Assembly (NCBI GenBank): GCA_965215005.1
Contig: CBDCCZ010000015.1
Location: 1 to 30,578 of the forward strand
DNA length: 30,578 nucleotides
Reading direction: 5' to 3'
Source: Kofleriaceae bacterium
Lineage (GTDB): Bacteria > Myxococcota_A > Polyangia > Haliangiales > Haliangiaceae
The translations under genes were made by a program, and so were the position numbers. Under the pieces are notes generated by a model. It had not been told where the DNA came from, searched no databases, and was given only the letters and a program-made list of their open reading frames with translations. This document shows positions 22,333-30,578 of the stretch, piece by piece (position 1 is the stretch's first letter; each line of letters opens with the position of its first letter).

Positions 22333-23676
22333 TTACTCCCACTGCAACTCGATGGTCAATCCGAGGCGGTCGCTCGTGCCGTCGTAGTCGCCGCTCGCGA
22401 CCGGCACCGTGCTCGGCTCGAATGGGTTGGTCAGGACGACGTCGCTGCTGCGCACCTGGCGCGCTGTCAGTAGCGATCGCGCATAGCCTGCGGTGATGGT
22501 AGTGCCGCGCCACGAGGCTTCCAGTCCAAGCGCGAGCGTGTGCGCCGCCAATCCCGGTTCCACGGGGGTTGTGGCAGGCGCCGGCGTCGTTGCGGAGGCG
22601 AACGCGTAGCCGGCGGTGAGCCAGAGAAATCCGCTGACGACCTCGAGGTCGACGGCGGTCCGCACCGCGGCGCGCGTGCGACGAGCGGCGGGCCCTGGCG
22701 CGCTGGTGAGTGCGGCGCTGCCGCCGCTGCGATCGCGCACCGTGATGCTGTCGATGCGCCAATCGGCAGGCGCTTGGTCGGGGCTGGTGAGCTCGCCGTT
22801 GACCTCGACGAACACTCGCTCGCCGAGATAGCGGACACCCGCGCGTGCCGCGGCGGATGCTGGCAGCTCGAGTCGGGCCGCGGAACCGGCGCCGTCGAGC
22901 ATCAGCTCGCTGGTGATGGGCGTGCGTGCGGAAGCAGCTGCGGAGAGCGTGGCGCCGCTTTGCACCTGCCCGGCGAGCGCCAACTCGAGCGGAACCGACG
23001 GCGGCGCGATGAGCACGCCAACCGCTAAGCCTGGCACGATCCAGTCGCGGCCGTGGGTCTCGAGCCAGAGGTCGCGGCTCGGCTGGGCGACTGGATCGCG
23101 GTCGGCAAGCCCAGCCCAAAGCGTGCGCTCTTGGTTCACCGCGACCGTGGCGAGTGAGACCGATACTCCAACGCCGAGCCAGCTTCCCAGCCGCGTCGCG
23201 GCGGCGGCGGCCATGGTGTGCTTATAGCGCTCGAGAGCAAGCCCCGCGTAGCGGTGGGGAAATCGCCGCACGACCTCGGCGGCGGGCTCATCGCTGGGAG
23301 CGGGCAGGGCCACCGTTTGCGCGGTGGTGGTCGCGACACCAAACGCCACGGTGACGGCGCCAATGGCACCAGCGATCATCGCAGCGGGCAACACGGCCGC
23401 GGAGCCGCGGCTGGCAATGGTCGGTGAGCTCGTCTGTGGTGGGAGGTACTCGAGCTCGCTGTCGAGCACGGTGAGCGCGAGCTGCGCACGCAGCTGCGTG
23501 CGTCGGGCCAGGGCTGCTGGACTGTAGAGCAGGGCCCCGAGGCCATCATCGCTCACCAGTGCCGCGCCCGCTCGCCCGACATTGCGGCCAAGGTTGGCGG
23601 GATCATCGGCGAGAACGTCGCCGCCCAGGCAGAGGCAGACGGCTACGAGCGCCGAGCTCACGCGATGCATGCGCAC
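22333..23676 (-). CDS. OmpP1/FadL-like outer-membrane beta-barrel
   Basis: Signal peptide ending VLA-D; hatch-like GRAGAALVSDDGLGALLYSPAAL; alternating beta strands; C-terminal LGLTIELQWE. Confidence 0.75.
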   Translation of the reverse strand: MRMHRVSSALVAVCLCLGGDVLADDPANLGRNVGRAGAALVSDDGLGALLYSPAALARRTQLRAQLALTVLDSELEYLPPQTSSPTIASRGSAAVLPAAMIAGAIGAVTVAFGVATTTAQTVALPAPSDEPAAEVVRRFPHRYAGLALERYKHTMAAAAATRLGSWLGVGVSVSLATVAVNQERTLWAGLADRDPVAQPSRDLWLETHGRDWIVPGLAVGVLIAPPSVPLELALAGQVQSGATLSAAASARTPITSELMLDGAGSAARLELPASAAARAGVRYLGERVFVEVNGELTSPDQAPADWRIDSITVRDRSGGSAALTSAPGPAARRTRAAVRTAVDLEVVSGFLWLTAGYAFASATTPAPATTPVEPGLAAHTLALGLEASWRGTTITAGYARSLLTARQVRSSDVVLTNPFEPSTVPVASGDYDGTSDRLGLTIELQWE

Positions 23677-23682
23677 CGGCGC

Positions 23683-23688
23683 ATCATA
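23683..23688 (-). promoter_or_regulatory. Putative -10 box for the leaderless FadL-like gene
   Basis: TATGAT followed by 6 nt and then GTG at 23676; no SD. Confidence 0.4.
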
Positions 23689-23742
23689 GCGGTCTTGACG
23701 GGGTCGAGCTGCGACCCCGGCGTGCTGGCGCGAGCAACTGGC

Positions 23743-24300
23743 TCAGGGACTGTCGCCGGCGGCTTCGGACGCGGCGCCGCTCGCGGCGTCGCTCGCTGAA
23801 TCGGGCACCGTGGCCGCGTCGACAGGCTCAGGCTCAGACTCCGGCTCGGGCTCCTGCCGCACGCAATCGCAGCAGCGCTTCTTGGCTTCGCGGCATGAGG
23901 CCTTGGCCTCGTTGCACTTATCGTCTGCCCACGGGTCGCCGCCAAGCTCCCGCGCGATGCTGCAGATGCTGTCGGCGTTGGCGCAGATGGCTTCCGCAAG
24001 ACTGCACACATCGGTGCACTCGACCGTGCTCGGTTGCGCAAATGGACATACCGCGCGCGCCTTGTCGACGCTCATCAGCATCGCGGCGCGGATCAGCCGG
24101 TTGGGCGGATCCACCGGCCAGCGCGCTTCTTGTCGCCAGTCGCGAATCTGCGCCCAGAGCACGGTGATTTCTTGTTTGCGTGCATCCACCCGCTCGAGCT
24201 GTTGTTGATACGGTGGCGGGGCGTTGCCGCACGCCGCTGCTAGAGCGCCGCCGGCCGCAATCAACAGCGCCATCCGCAACATCCATGAGCGCGCCGTCAT
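23743..24300 (-). CDS. Cys-rich lipoprotein
   Basis: Lipobox LAAAC; 10 further Cys; acidic EP-repeat tail; ATGA overlap with the upstream gene. Confidence 0.8.
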   Translation of the reverse strand: MTARSWMLRMALLIAAGGALAAACGNAPPPYQQQLERVDARKQEITVLWAQIRDWRQEARWPVDPPNRLIRAAMLMSVDKARAVCPFAQPSTVECTDVCSLAEAICANADSICSIARELGGDPWADDKCNEAKASCREAKKRCCDCVRQEPEPESEPEPVDAATVPDSASDAASGAASEAAGDSP

Positions 24301-24854
24301 CGGGTTTCCTCGAGGATGCGGCGCTGCAGCGCTTCGTTGATGGCAATGCTGCGGTCGTAGGCTTCAATCGCCGCGCGCCGCGCTGCGCTCGCTTCGGGAC
24401 TGGCGTCTCGTTCATCGAGGAGCGCCGCGCGTGCTTCCCAGATCTCACCACGCACGGTGTGCAGGTTGGCCAAGAAGAACGACTCGCGAACCGCCTCTGC
24501 AAGGCCCGCGTCGACAACCTCCATTGCCGCGTCAAGTCGCCCGTCTAACACCAGCAGCTTGGCGAGCCGCGCCCGTGCATCCAGCGCCGCGTCGGCTGCT
24601 TCTGGTAGCGGCGGACACGGCACCGCGAGAATCTTCTCGACCGCTTCGATGGCGGCTCGGAGGTTGGCATCGCCGAGGTACACGTCGGCCTTGTGGTGAA
24701 AGTTCTTCGCCTGCGCCAGGCACAACATCAGCTCTTCCCCCACGACTTCACGCGCTTGGGGCAGCACCGTAACTGGTTGGTGCTCTTCGCTGTGCTCAGA
24801 GCTCGACGAGCATCCGGTGAGGCCGAGCACGACAAGGAGTACGATGCGCCTCAT
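24297..24854 (-). CDS. TPR-like lipoprotein
   Basis: MRRIVLLVVLGLTG-C lipobox; helical repeats (AIEAYDRSIAIN); ATGA overlaps at both ends. Confidence 0.82.
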   Translation of the reverse strand: MRRIVLLVVLGLTGCSSSSEHSEEHQPVTVLPQAREVVGEELMLCLAQAKNFHHKADVYLGDANLRAAIEAVEKILAVPCPPLPEAADAALDARARLAKLLVLDGRLDAAMEVVDAGLAEAVRESFFLANLHTVRGEIWEARAALLDERDASPEASAARRAAIEAYDRSIAINEALQRRILEETR

Positions 24855-25459
24855 GGACGCGCTCCTTTGCTAGCAGAGCTCTCGAAGTAGATCGCGCGAT
24901 AGCCGCTTAGACGGTCGGCATAGATGATGTCGATACGCGCGCGGGCATCGCCAGCGCGATCTCTGCTAATGGCACCCACGAGCGGGTCGCTGGGGCGTGA
25001 GGTCTGCCACAGCGGCGCGTGACGCGGAGTCGGCGGAGGTGGTCGCAGCATGACCACCGTTGCCGCCGCGATCGCCGCCGCTGCCGCCGCCCACGGCACC
25101 ACACGCCACCGTCGCGATGCTTCGCGCGGCCCTCGCGCGGCAGCCGCTGGATGCGATTGGAGAGCATCCGCTGGCGGCACCGAACGCATCCGTGGGGGGG
25201 CGCCGACGGCTTGTGCAAGGGCATCTTCCACCAGGGTTGCTTGCACGGCGGGGGCGAGCTCGACGCTGTGCGTGCCGCTGTGGATGAACGTCGCCACCTC
25301 GAGGAGCTCGCGTTCTTCAGCGGTCATGGCGGGCGGCAGCCGCTGCCCGGTCACGACGCGCTCGATTAGCGCTGCAAACGAGGCCGCATGGCTTCGCTCC
25401 GCGCGCGAGGCGGGCGCTTCTGGTGCGGGCGGATGGTCGTGGCTATCGTCGTGAGACAT
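24851..25459 (-). CDS. Putative single-TM anti-sigma factor
   Basis: Starts 3 bp after the ECF sigma stop; N-terminal helical region, RRWR then TM (VVPWAAAAAAIAAATVVML), short C-terminal domain. Confidence 0.65.
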   Translation of the reverse strand: MSHDDSHDHPPAPEAPASRAERSHAASFAALIERVVTGQRLPPAMTAEERELLEVATFIHSGTHSVELAPAVQATLVEDALAQAVGAPPRMRSVPPADALQSHPAAAARGPREASRRWRVVPWAAAAAAIAAATVVMLRPPPPTPRHAPLWQTSRPSDPLVGAISRDRAGDARARIDIIYADRLSGYRAIYFESSASKGARP

Positions 25460-25462
25460 CGG

Positions 25463-26071
25463 TCAAGCTTCCGAAGCGGCGCGAGCTCCAAAGTGTTTGC
25501 GGAAGGATCGCACCGCTCGATGCAGTAGCACGTCGAAGGTGCCGAGGCTGACGCCGAGCTCGGCAGCGCATTGTTCGCGTGATAGCTCGCGAACCAACCG
25601 CAGCTCGATGGCGTGTCGATAGCGCTCGGAGAGCAGGGCCATGGTCGTTGCGATGCGCTGGCGGTGGTGCTGGCGCTCTTCGTCGGCGATTAGCAGCGCA
25701 TCGGCGCGACTCTCGGGCTCGCTACCCTCGGAGAGCTCGAGCGACATGGCGTCGACCAGCTTGCGCGACCGCTTGGTCTTGCGATGCAAGTCGTAGGCTT
25801 TGTTGATCGCGATCATTCGCAGCCACGCGTAGACGCTTTTGCCTTGCCACTGAAAGCTCGCGATCTTCTCGACGGCGGCAACGAAGGTATCGCGCAGGAC
25901 GTCTTCTGCCGACGCGGCATCCCCAACCCGCGGCAAGATCACCGTGGCATACAGTGGAGAAGCATATCGCTCGAAGATGGGGCGCATGGCGTCGAGGTGT
26001 CCGCGCTGGGCCTCGAGGACCCAGCGTCGCTCCTCTTCGAGTTGCTCCGCTGTGGCTGCTTCCGAGGCCAC
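25463..26071 (-). CDS. ECF RNA polymerase sigma factor
   Basis: Region 2 AEDVLRDTF...WLRMIAINKAYD; region 4 LSERYR...CAAELGVSLGTFDVLLHRA; GTG start with GGAGG RBS. Confidence 0.92.
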   Translation of the reverse strand: MASEAATAEQLEEERRWVLEAQRGHLDAMRPIFERYASPLYATVILPRVGDAASAEDVLRDTFVAAVEKIASFQWQGKSVYAWLRMIAINKAYDLHRKTKRSRKLVDAMSLELSEGSEPESRADALLIADEERQHHRQRIATTMALLSERYRHAIELRLVRELSREQCAAELGVSLGTFDVLLHRAVRSFRKHFGARAASEA

Positions 26072-26105
26072 GTTCTTCCTCCAAACGCCCGCAGGCCCGC
26101 CAATC

Positions 26106-26909
26106 TTACACGACGGAGCGCGAAGTTTCGCCGGCGAGAAGTGGCGGTCGTGGCGCCAGGGGCTCCGAGTAGAACACTTCCATCAGAGTGAGCCCGTGTG
26201 CGGGGGCGGTTTGCCCGGCCAGAGTGCGATCGCCGCTCGCGAGCACGGCGGCGAGAGCCTCGGCGCTCATCCGACCTTGGCCGACATCCACCAAGGTACC
26301 GGCGATGATGCGCACCATGTTGCGCAGGAACGCGTTGCCCACCACTGCGATCTCGAGCACGTGCTGCTGGCGACGCTCGATTGCAATCGAGTCGATGTGA
26401 CGTCGCGTCGTGCGCGCGGTGCATCCAGTGGCTCGGAACGCGGCGAAGTCGTGCTCGCCTTCGAGCGCTTTGCTCGCTACACGCATCGCTTCGAGGTTCA
26501 GGGGCAGCGGCCGGTGCCAGGCGCGTTTGCGCAGCAGCGGCGAGCGGTCGGCGCGGTTGAGGATGCGATAGCTGTAGCGCTTGCCGCGCGCCCACAGCCG
26601 CGGGTGAAACGCGGCGGGAGCTTCGCTCGCAGCGATGATCGCGATCGAAGGCGGGAGCTGGCTGTTGAGGCCGCGGCGAATGCCGTGCGCGGCAATGGTC
26701 GCCGAGGTGCGAAATGCTGCCACCTGACCGAGAGCATGAACTCCGGCATCGGTGCGCGAGGCTCCGGTGACGCCGACTGGCTCGCGGAGCAGGGTCGCCA
26801 ACGCGCGCTCGAGGTGCTCCTGAACGGTGATCGCGTTGGCTTGTCGCTGCCAGCCCGACAGCTCTGAGCCGTCGTATTCCAGCACCAGCTTGATGGTGCG
26901 TTCGCGCAT
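26106..26909 (-). CDS. truA: tRNA pseudouridine(38-40) synthase
   Basis: YDGS..GWQRQ, SRTDAGVHA, GEHDF, GNAFLRNMVRIIAG and TAPAHGL motifs. Confidence 0.97.
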   Translation of the reverse strand: MRERTIKLVLEYDGSELSGWQRQANAITVQEHLERALATLLREPVGVTGASRTDAGVHALGQVAAFRTSATIAAHGIRRGLNSQLPPSIAIIAASEAPAAFHPRLWARGKRYSYRILNRADRSPLLRKRAWHRPLPLNLEAMRVASKALEGEHDFAAFRATGCTARTTRRHIDSIAIERRQQHVLEIAVVGNAFLRNMVRIIAGTLVDVGQGRMSAEALAAVLASGDRTLAGQTAPAHGLTLMEVFYSEPLAPRPPLLAGETSRSVV

Positions 26910-26915
26910 CGGCGC

Positions 26916-29120
26916 TCAGAACTCGAAGTTCATGCCGGCAAACCACGTGAGGTCGCCGACAGTCAGCTTATCGTCGGCGCCAAAGCCGTCGACCTTGGCG
27001 TACTGCAGCTCCCCGTAGAAGCCCGCGTGCTCGATGCCTTCTTGCATCAAGCCGCGCTCAGCCGCGGGGTCGAGCGCTTCTGCGCGAATCGCCAGGCCCA
27101 CGGAAACTTGATAGCCGAGGCTCGCGCCAATCGCGTGGTCGGCGTTGCACCTCTGCGGATCCTGGCACCCCGGTGGGTCGGCGGGTGCTTCGGCGACACC
27201 GCTGCCCGGAGCGTCTACCCACCAGAGATAGTAAGCGAGGCCGGCGCGGCCGTAGGGCACCAGCGGCACCCACGTGTTGTCGGCCAGCTGAGTAAAGCGA
27301 TACACCAGCCCCACGCTCGAGGGGATCATACGAAAGGCGTTGTCTTCGGCGCTGCGCGTCATCGTGCCCGCTTCGAACGCTTTGGCGGATTTACTGGTGA
27401 AACCGAGTGAGCCGGCAATGCCGAGCTGACCGCCGGGATAGACGAAGAACCTCTCGATATCGACGACGCCCATGAGGCCGGCGCCGCCGAACATGGTCTC
27501 GTACGGCGTCTCGGTGGCGAACTCGCTGTCGACGTCGGGGAGATACGGCCCGAGCCGAAGGCCTACATTCCAATGCACCACCGGCGCGCGGACAGTGTCG
27601 CTGCCGCCATCAAAGTTTCGCCAGTAGGGATCATCGAGCTGCGCGCTGGCGCTGCCGGCGGTGCACAATATCAGTGCAGCGGCCGCCGCGGCGACGCCGC
27701 AGGAGGCGCGATGCCGGCTTGCTCGCAATTGCGGCGCGCGCTGTTTCGATCGCCGCAGGCGCCAAAGCAGGAGCGCCGCGAGCGCGAGCTGCAGCGGCCA
27801 CGGCAGCAGCAAAAATGCTGCGAGGGCCACGGCAGGAAGCAGCGCGATGCCCACCGCGAGCCGCAGCGCAAGCGAGCGCTCGACGTAGACGCCAAGGGGC
27901 GCCACGTAGTCGTAGTAGGCGTTGGTAATCGCTCGACCTGGGGCAAGCGGAGCCAGCACCTCGTCGCGAAAGTCGCGCAACAGGTTGGTGAAGAAATGAT
28001 CGTCGCCGTAGGTGGCAGTGGCGAGGCAGACGCCCTGATCCGCTTTGCCGCCGGCTTCGTAGTAGTTTTCCCAAAAATCGTCGACGGGCTGCGGCGTCGC
28101 TTGCCCCAGGTCGATAACCCTTGCGTTGCGCGCCTTGTCGACGAGCACGAGCACGATCCTGTAAGTGGTGCCGTTCTCGAGACCGCCCGCAGAAACTTCA
28201 TTCTGGCCGGGACCGATTTCGCCGCACAGGAAGGCCTCATCGAGGCCGAAGAGACCACTGTCTTCGACGAACTCGGGCGTCATCAAAGGCGTGCCAGCAT
28301 CGGGGCCGTCTTCCGAGCGGCTGACCGCGCTCGTGATCGGAGTCTTGGTTTCGAGGTCGCAGCGGCGCTCGGGAATCTGATACATCGGCTCGAGGTCACT
28401 GTTGGTGGCGGGCGTGCCGTCCATCGTGGCGCAGAGGAGCTGCGCGCCGTCGATGTCGGCGTTGCGCTCGGTGCCCCACGAGACGATGACCCGGCCTTCG
28501 CCGCCGCGAACCGCCAAATCGGGCGGAACTAGAGGCGGCGCCGCGTCGAACATGAAGGGAATCGAGAAGACGCCGCCCATGTCGAACTCGCTGTTGTCAT
28601 CTTGATCGATGGCGAAGTAGATGGTGCTTTGGCCGCCGGTGGAGTTTGCAGAGGTCTCGCAAGTCTCCGCGTTGGGGTACATGAAGTCGGAGGTGTTGAA
28701 CGCAAACGTCTCGTTTTGCGCGACGTCATCGACCGATAGCTCGCTCACCTTCTCGCATTGGAGGTCCCGCTCGCTTGGCGTCCTGGTGTCGCAGTCGTCA
28801 CCGACCCATACCTGCACGGTCTGCGGCGGATAGTCGGCCGAGCTCGACCCCTCGATGACTGTACGCAGCCCAAAGTTCCACAGCGCCGGCTCATTGCCGG
28901 GGTTGGCCGCGGCGCACTCGCAGTTGGCCGCATTGAAGAACTGCTCCGGCGCTTCGGGGCCTTGCGCCGGCTCGTAGCTCACGCTGCCGTCGCTCTCCTG
29001 CTGCGGGAGGTCCAGATTCAGCTTGATCATGCCGCCGTTGAGCTCGGCAGCTTGCGCGAGCCCGGCAACGGTGACCACGGTAGCAACGATGAGAAGGGCT
29101 AGGCGAGGTGATGTACGCAT
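26916..29120 (-). CDS. Fusion protein: secreted Cys-rich/FnIII-like domain + CFI-box-CTERM-like anchor + internal signal peptide + outer-membrane beta-barrel (MXAN_2561/MXAN_2562-like)
   Basis: N-terminal signal AQA-A; PVDDFWENYYEAGG followed by CLATATYG..LRDFRDEVL..GRAITNAYY; TM; Arg-rich linker; ASA-Q; barrel ending FAGMNFEF. Confidence 0.8.
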   Translation of the reverse strand: MRTSPRLALLIVATVVTVAGLAQAAELNGGMIKLNLDLPQQESDGSVSYEPAQGPEAPEQFFNAANCECAAANPGNEPALWNFGLRTVIEGSSSADYPPQTVQVWVGDDCDTRTPSERDLQCEKVSELSVDDVAQNETFAFNTSDFMYPNAETCETSANSTGGQSTIYFAIDQDDNSEFDMGGVFSIPFMFDAAPPLVPPDLAVRGGEGRVIVSWGTERNADIDGAQLLCATMDGTPATNSDLEPMYQIPERRCDLETKTPITSAVSRSEDGPDAGTPLMTPEFVEDSGLFGLDEAFLCGEIGPGQNEVSAGGLENGTTYRIVLVLVDKARNARVIDLGQATPQPVDDFWENYYEAGGKADQGVCLATATYGDDHFFTNLLRDFRDEVLAPLAPGRAITNAYYDYVAPLGVYVERSLALRLAVGIALLPAVALAAFLLLPWPLQLALAALLLWRLRRSKQRAPQLRASRHRASCGVAAAAAALILCTAGSASAQLDDPYWRNFDGGSDTVRAPVVHWNVGLRLGPYLPDVDSEFATETPYETMFGGAGLMGVVDIERFFVYPGGQLGIAGSLGFTSKSAKAFEAGTMTRSAEDNAFRMIPSSVGLVYRFTQLADNTWVPLVPYGRAGLAYYLWWVDAPGSGVAEAPADPPGCQDPQRCNADHAIGASLGYQVSVGLAIRAEALDPAAERGLMQEGIEHAGFYGELQYAKVDGFGADDKLTVGDLTWFAGMNFEF

Positions 29121-29274
29121 GCGGCGGGCCGCTCCAGTGCAAAGGCGGTACCCCGAGCGGAGCCCCGCAAGTGTGCAAGATTGCTAGCACGCGTCCTTGC
29201 GGAGCGGCAAGGCGCAATGTCTTGCTGGCGCGCCCGAGCGCGCTGCGTTGCCAGAACGTCAACGGCTCGAGCGG

Positions 29275-29301
29275 GCGCTTGCTGCGCTTGCTGCGCTTGC
29301 T
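29275..29301. repeat. Tandem 9-mer GCGCTTGCT x3
   Basis: Three exact copies plus a degenerate fourth (GCCGCTGCT) running into the stop codon at 29310. Confidence 0.85.
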
Positions 29302-29309
29302 GCCGCTGC

Positions 29310-30578
29310 TTAGCGCCGGCGAGAAGCCTGGTCGAGCGCGTGCTCGAGCTCGCGACGAAGCGACTCGGCTCGCGCCAGGGCGCCGGGGTCTTGCGCAGCA
29401 CCATACTCAGCGGCGTAGTACAGCTCGGTCAGCTCGGCGAAGGCCGCCGCGCCGGCAACGTTGGCGTGCTGCAGCGCGACCGCGTGCTCGCGCGGAGTCG
29501 TCGAGGGCTCGCGCGGATGGCCGCGCTTTGCCAATAGGGCGAGGACCCGTTGATACAGCGTGGCGATCGCCGCGCGTTGCCGGCGTCGCGGTCCCTCGAC
29601 TGCCGGCGCTGAAAATCGCCGTCGGCGCCACAGGGCAGCGGCGAAGATCGCTAGGACAGCGGCAACAATCGCCATCAGCGTGGTCTTGTGCGCGAGCAGC
29701 CACGACTTTGCCGCAGCGACCCTGGACTTCATGTCGCCGGTGCCGCGGCTCATCGTCTTGCCGACGCGGCGAAACAGGTTCATCTGGCGCTGCAAGTCGT
29801 ATTCGATGACCCAGCGGAACCACTGAAACCGCATGGTGTCGATGAAGCGCCGCAGCTTGTCTCCCAGCTGCAGCCCGCCGCGACCAAGCCGGTCGACCTC
29901 GGCGCTCGGGGTCGGGTCGAACGTGACCCAGCCGAGCTCGGCGAAGTAGATCTCGACCCACGAGTGGGCATCGCCAGCGCGCACGGCGATGTAGTCGTCA
30001 TATTCGTTCCACTCGCCGCCCAAGAAGCCATTGACGTTACGAGCCGGTAAGCCAACGGCGCGCGCCATGATGGTCATCGCCGAAGAAAAGTATTCGCAGT
30101 GACCTTTGCGGCGCTCGAACAGAAAGTGATCAATTGGCTCGGCGGCACCCGGCGATTCCATCACCAGCGTGTAATCGAGCCGAGTTTTCAGCCAGGCCTC
30201 CAGAGCGATGGCTTTGTCGTAAGGAGTACCGCTGGCGGCGGTGATCTCGCTGGCGAGGGCACGAACCCGCTGGGGAACCTCATCGGGGATCTGCAGATAG
30301 ACGTCGTAGCCCGGCGGAATTTGGACCGATGCGGCCCGCAGCTGCGAAGGCGCCGGTGCTTGGATGCTCGAGAAGACCACGTACTTGAGACCGGCGCCGT
30401 GATCGAAGCGGATTTCATCGTTGCGTTCGCGGCGTGGGCTGCGCAGGCCGAATCGAGCGCCAAACTCGAACGCAGCTGGCATCGAGGCACCAAATAGAAC
30501 GTCATAGCCGATGGGCTCGAGATAGATCTCCTGCCGCAGGCTCGTAGCCAGGCGCTGCTCGAGCGCTTCAGGAGTGGG
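29310..30578 (-). CDS. TgpA-like transglutaminase-domain membrane protein (5' truncated by window)
   Basis: GHCEYFSS, AHSWVE and FDPTP catalytic triad; TM then DUF4129-like TPREH...LTELYYAAEYG; frame open to the window end. Confidence 0.92.
   Translation of the reverse strand, partial: PTPEALEQRLATSLRQEIYLEPIGYDVLFGASMPAAFEFGARFGLRSPRRERNDEIRFDHGAGLKYVVFSSIQAPAPSQLRAASVQIPPGYDVYLQIPDEVPQRVRALASEITAASGTPYDKAIALEAWLKTRLDYTLVMESPGAAEPIDHFLFERRKGHCEYFSSAMTIMARAVGLPARNVNGFLGGEWNEYDDYIAVRAGDAHSWVEIYFAELGWVTFDPTPSAEVDRLGRGGLQLGDKLRRFIDTMRFQWFRWVIEYDLQRQMNLFRRVGKTMSRGTGDMKSRVAAAKSWLLAHKTTLMAIVAAVLAIFAAALWRRRRFSAPAVEGPRRRQRAAIATLYQRVLALLAKRGHPREPSTTPREHAVALQHANVAGAAAFAELTELYYAAEYGAAQDPGALARAESLRRELEHALDQASRRR

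Noticed and set aside
23824..23852. Short AGGCTC / CGGCTC repeats
   Set aside because: They simply encode the EPEPESEPEP linker
23860..24050. Cys-rich lipoproteins as c-type cytochromes (also 3250-3275)
   Set aside because: No CxxCH motif; exported proteins with even Cys counts suggest disulfides
29183..29200. Sigma54 promoter-like TAGCAC...TTGC
   Set aside because: It lacks the -24 GG, the spacing is off by one, and it faces away from the adjacent gene

Overview
GC-rich bacterial chromosomal segment, very likely Myxococcota (inferred from the MXAN_2561/2562-like surface protein, an AgmX/PglI-like domain and Cys-rich lipoproteins). Housekeeping genes: partial ileS, lspA, groES-groEL with a perfect CIRCE and a terminator, panB/panC, a type IIA topoisomerase pair in A-then-B order (probably Topo IV), an M23 peptidase, truA and a partial TgpA-like transglutaminase. 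These are interleaved with poorly characterised envelope modules. The most notable items are: (1) a 734-aa ORF joining a secreted Cys-rich domain and CFI-box-type anchor to a second internal signal peptide and an outer-membrane beta-barrel (apparent polyprotein); (2) three coupled paralogous secreted TPR genes, the last with a TonB-C-like domain; (3) an ECF sigma / anti-sigma / two-lipoprotein operon next to a FadL-like barrel; (4) an uncharacterised two-gene module divergent from groES; (5) a pan-type RNA hairpin in a three-way junction upstream of a frameshifted panB; (6) a pseudo-receiver-patatin fusion; (7) several apparently leaderless starts. No mobile elements, CRISPR arrays, rRNA or tRNA were seen. 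Family assignments come from motif recognition by eye, not from database searches.
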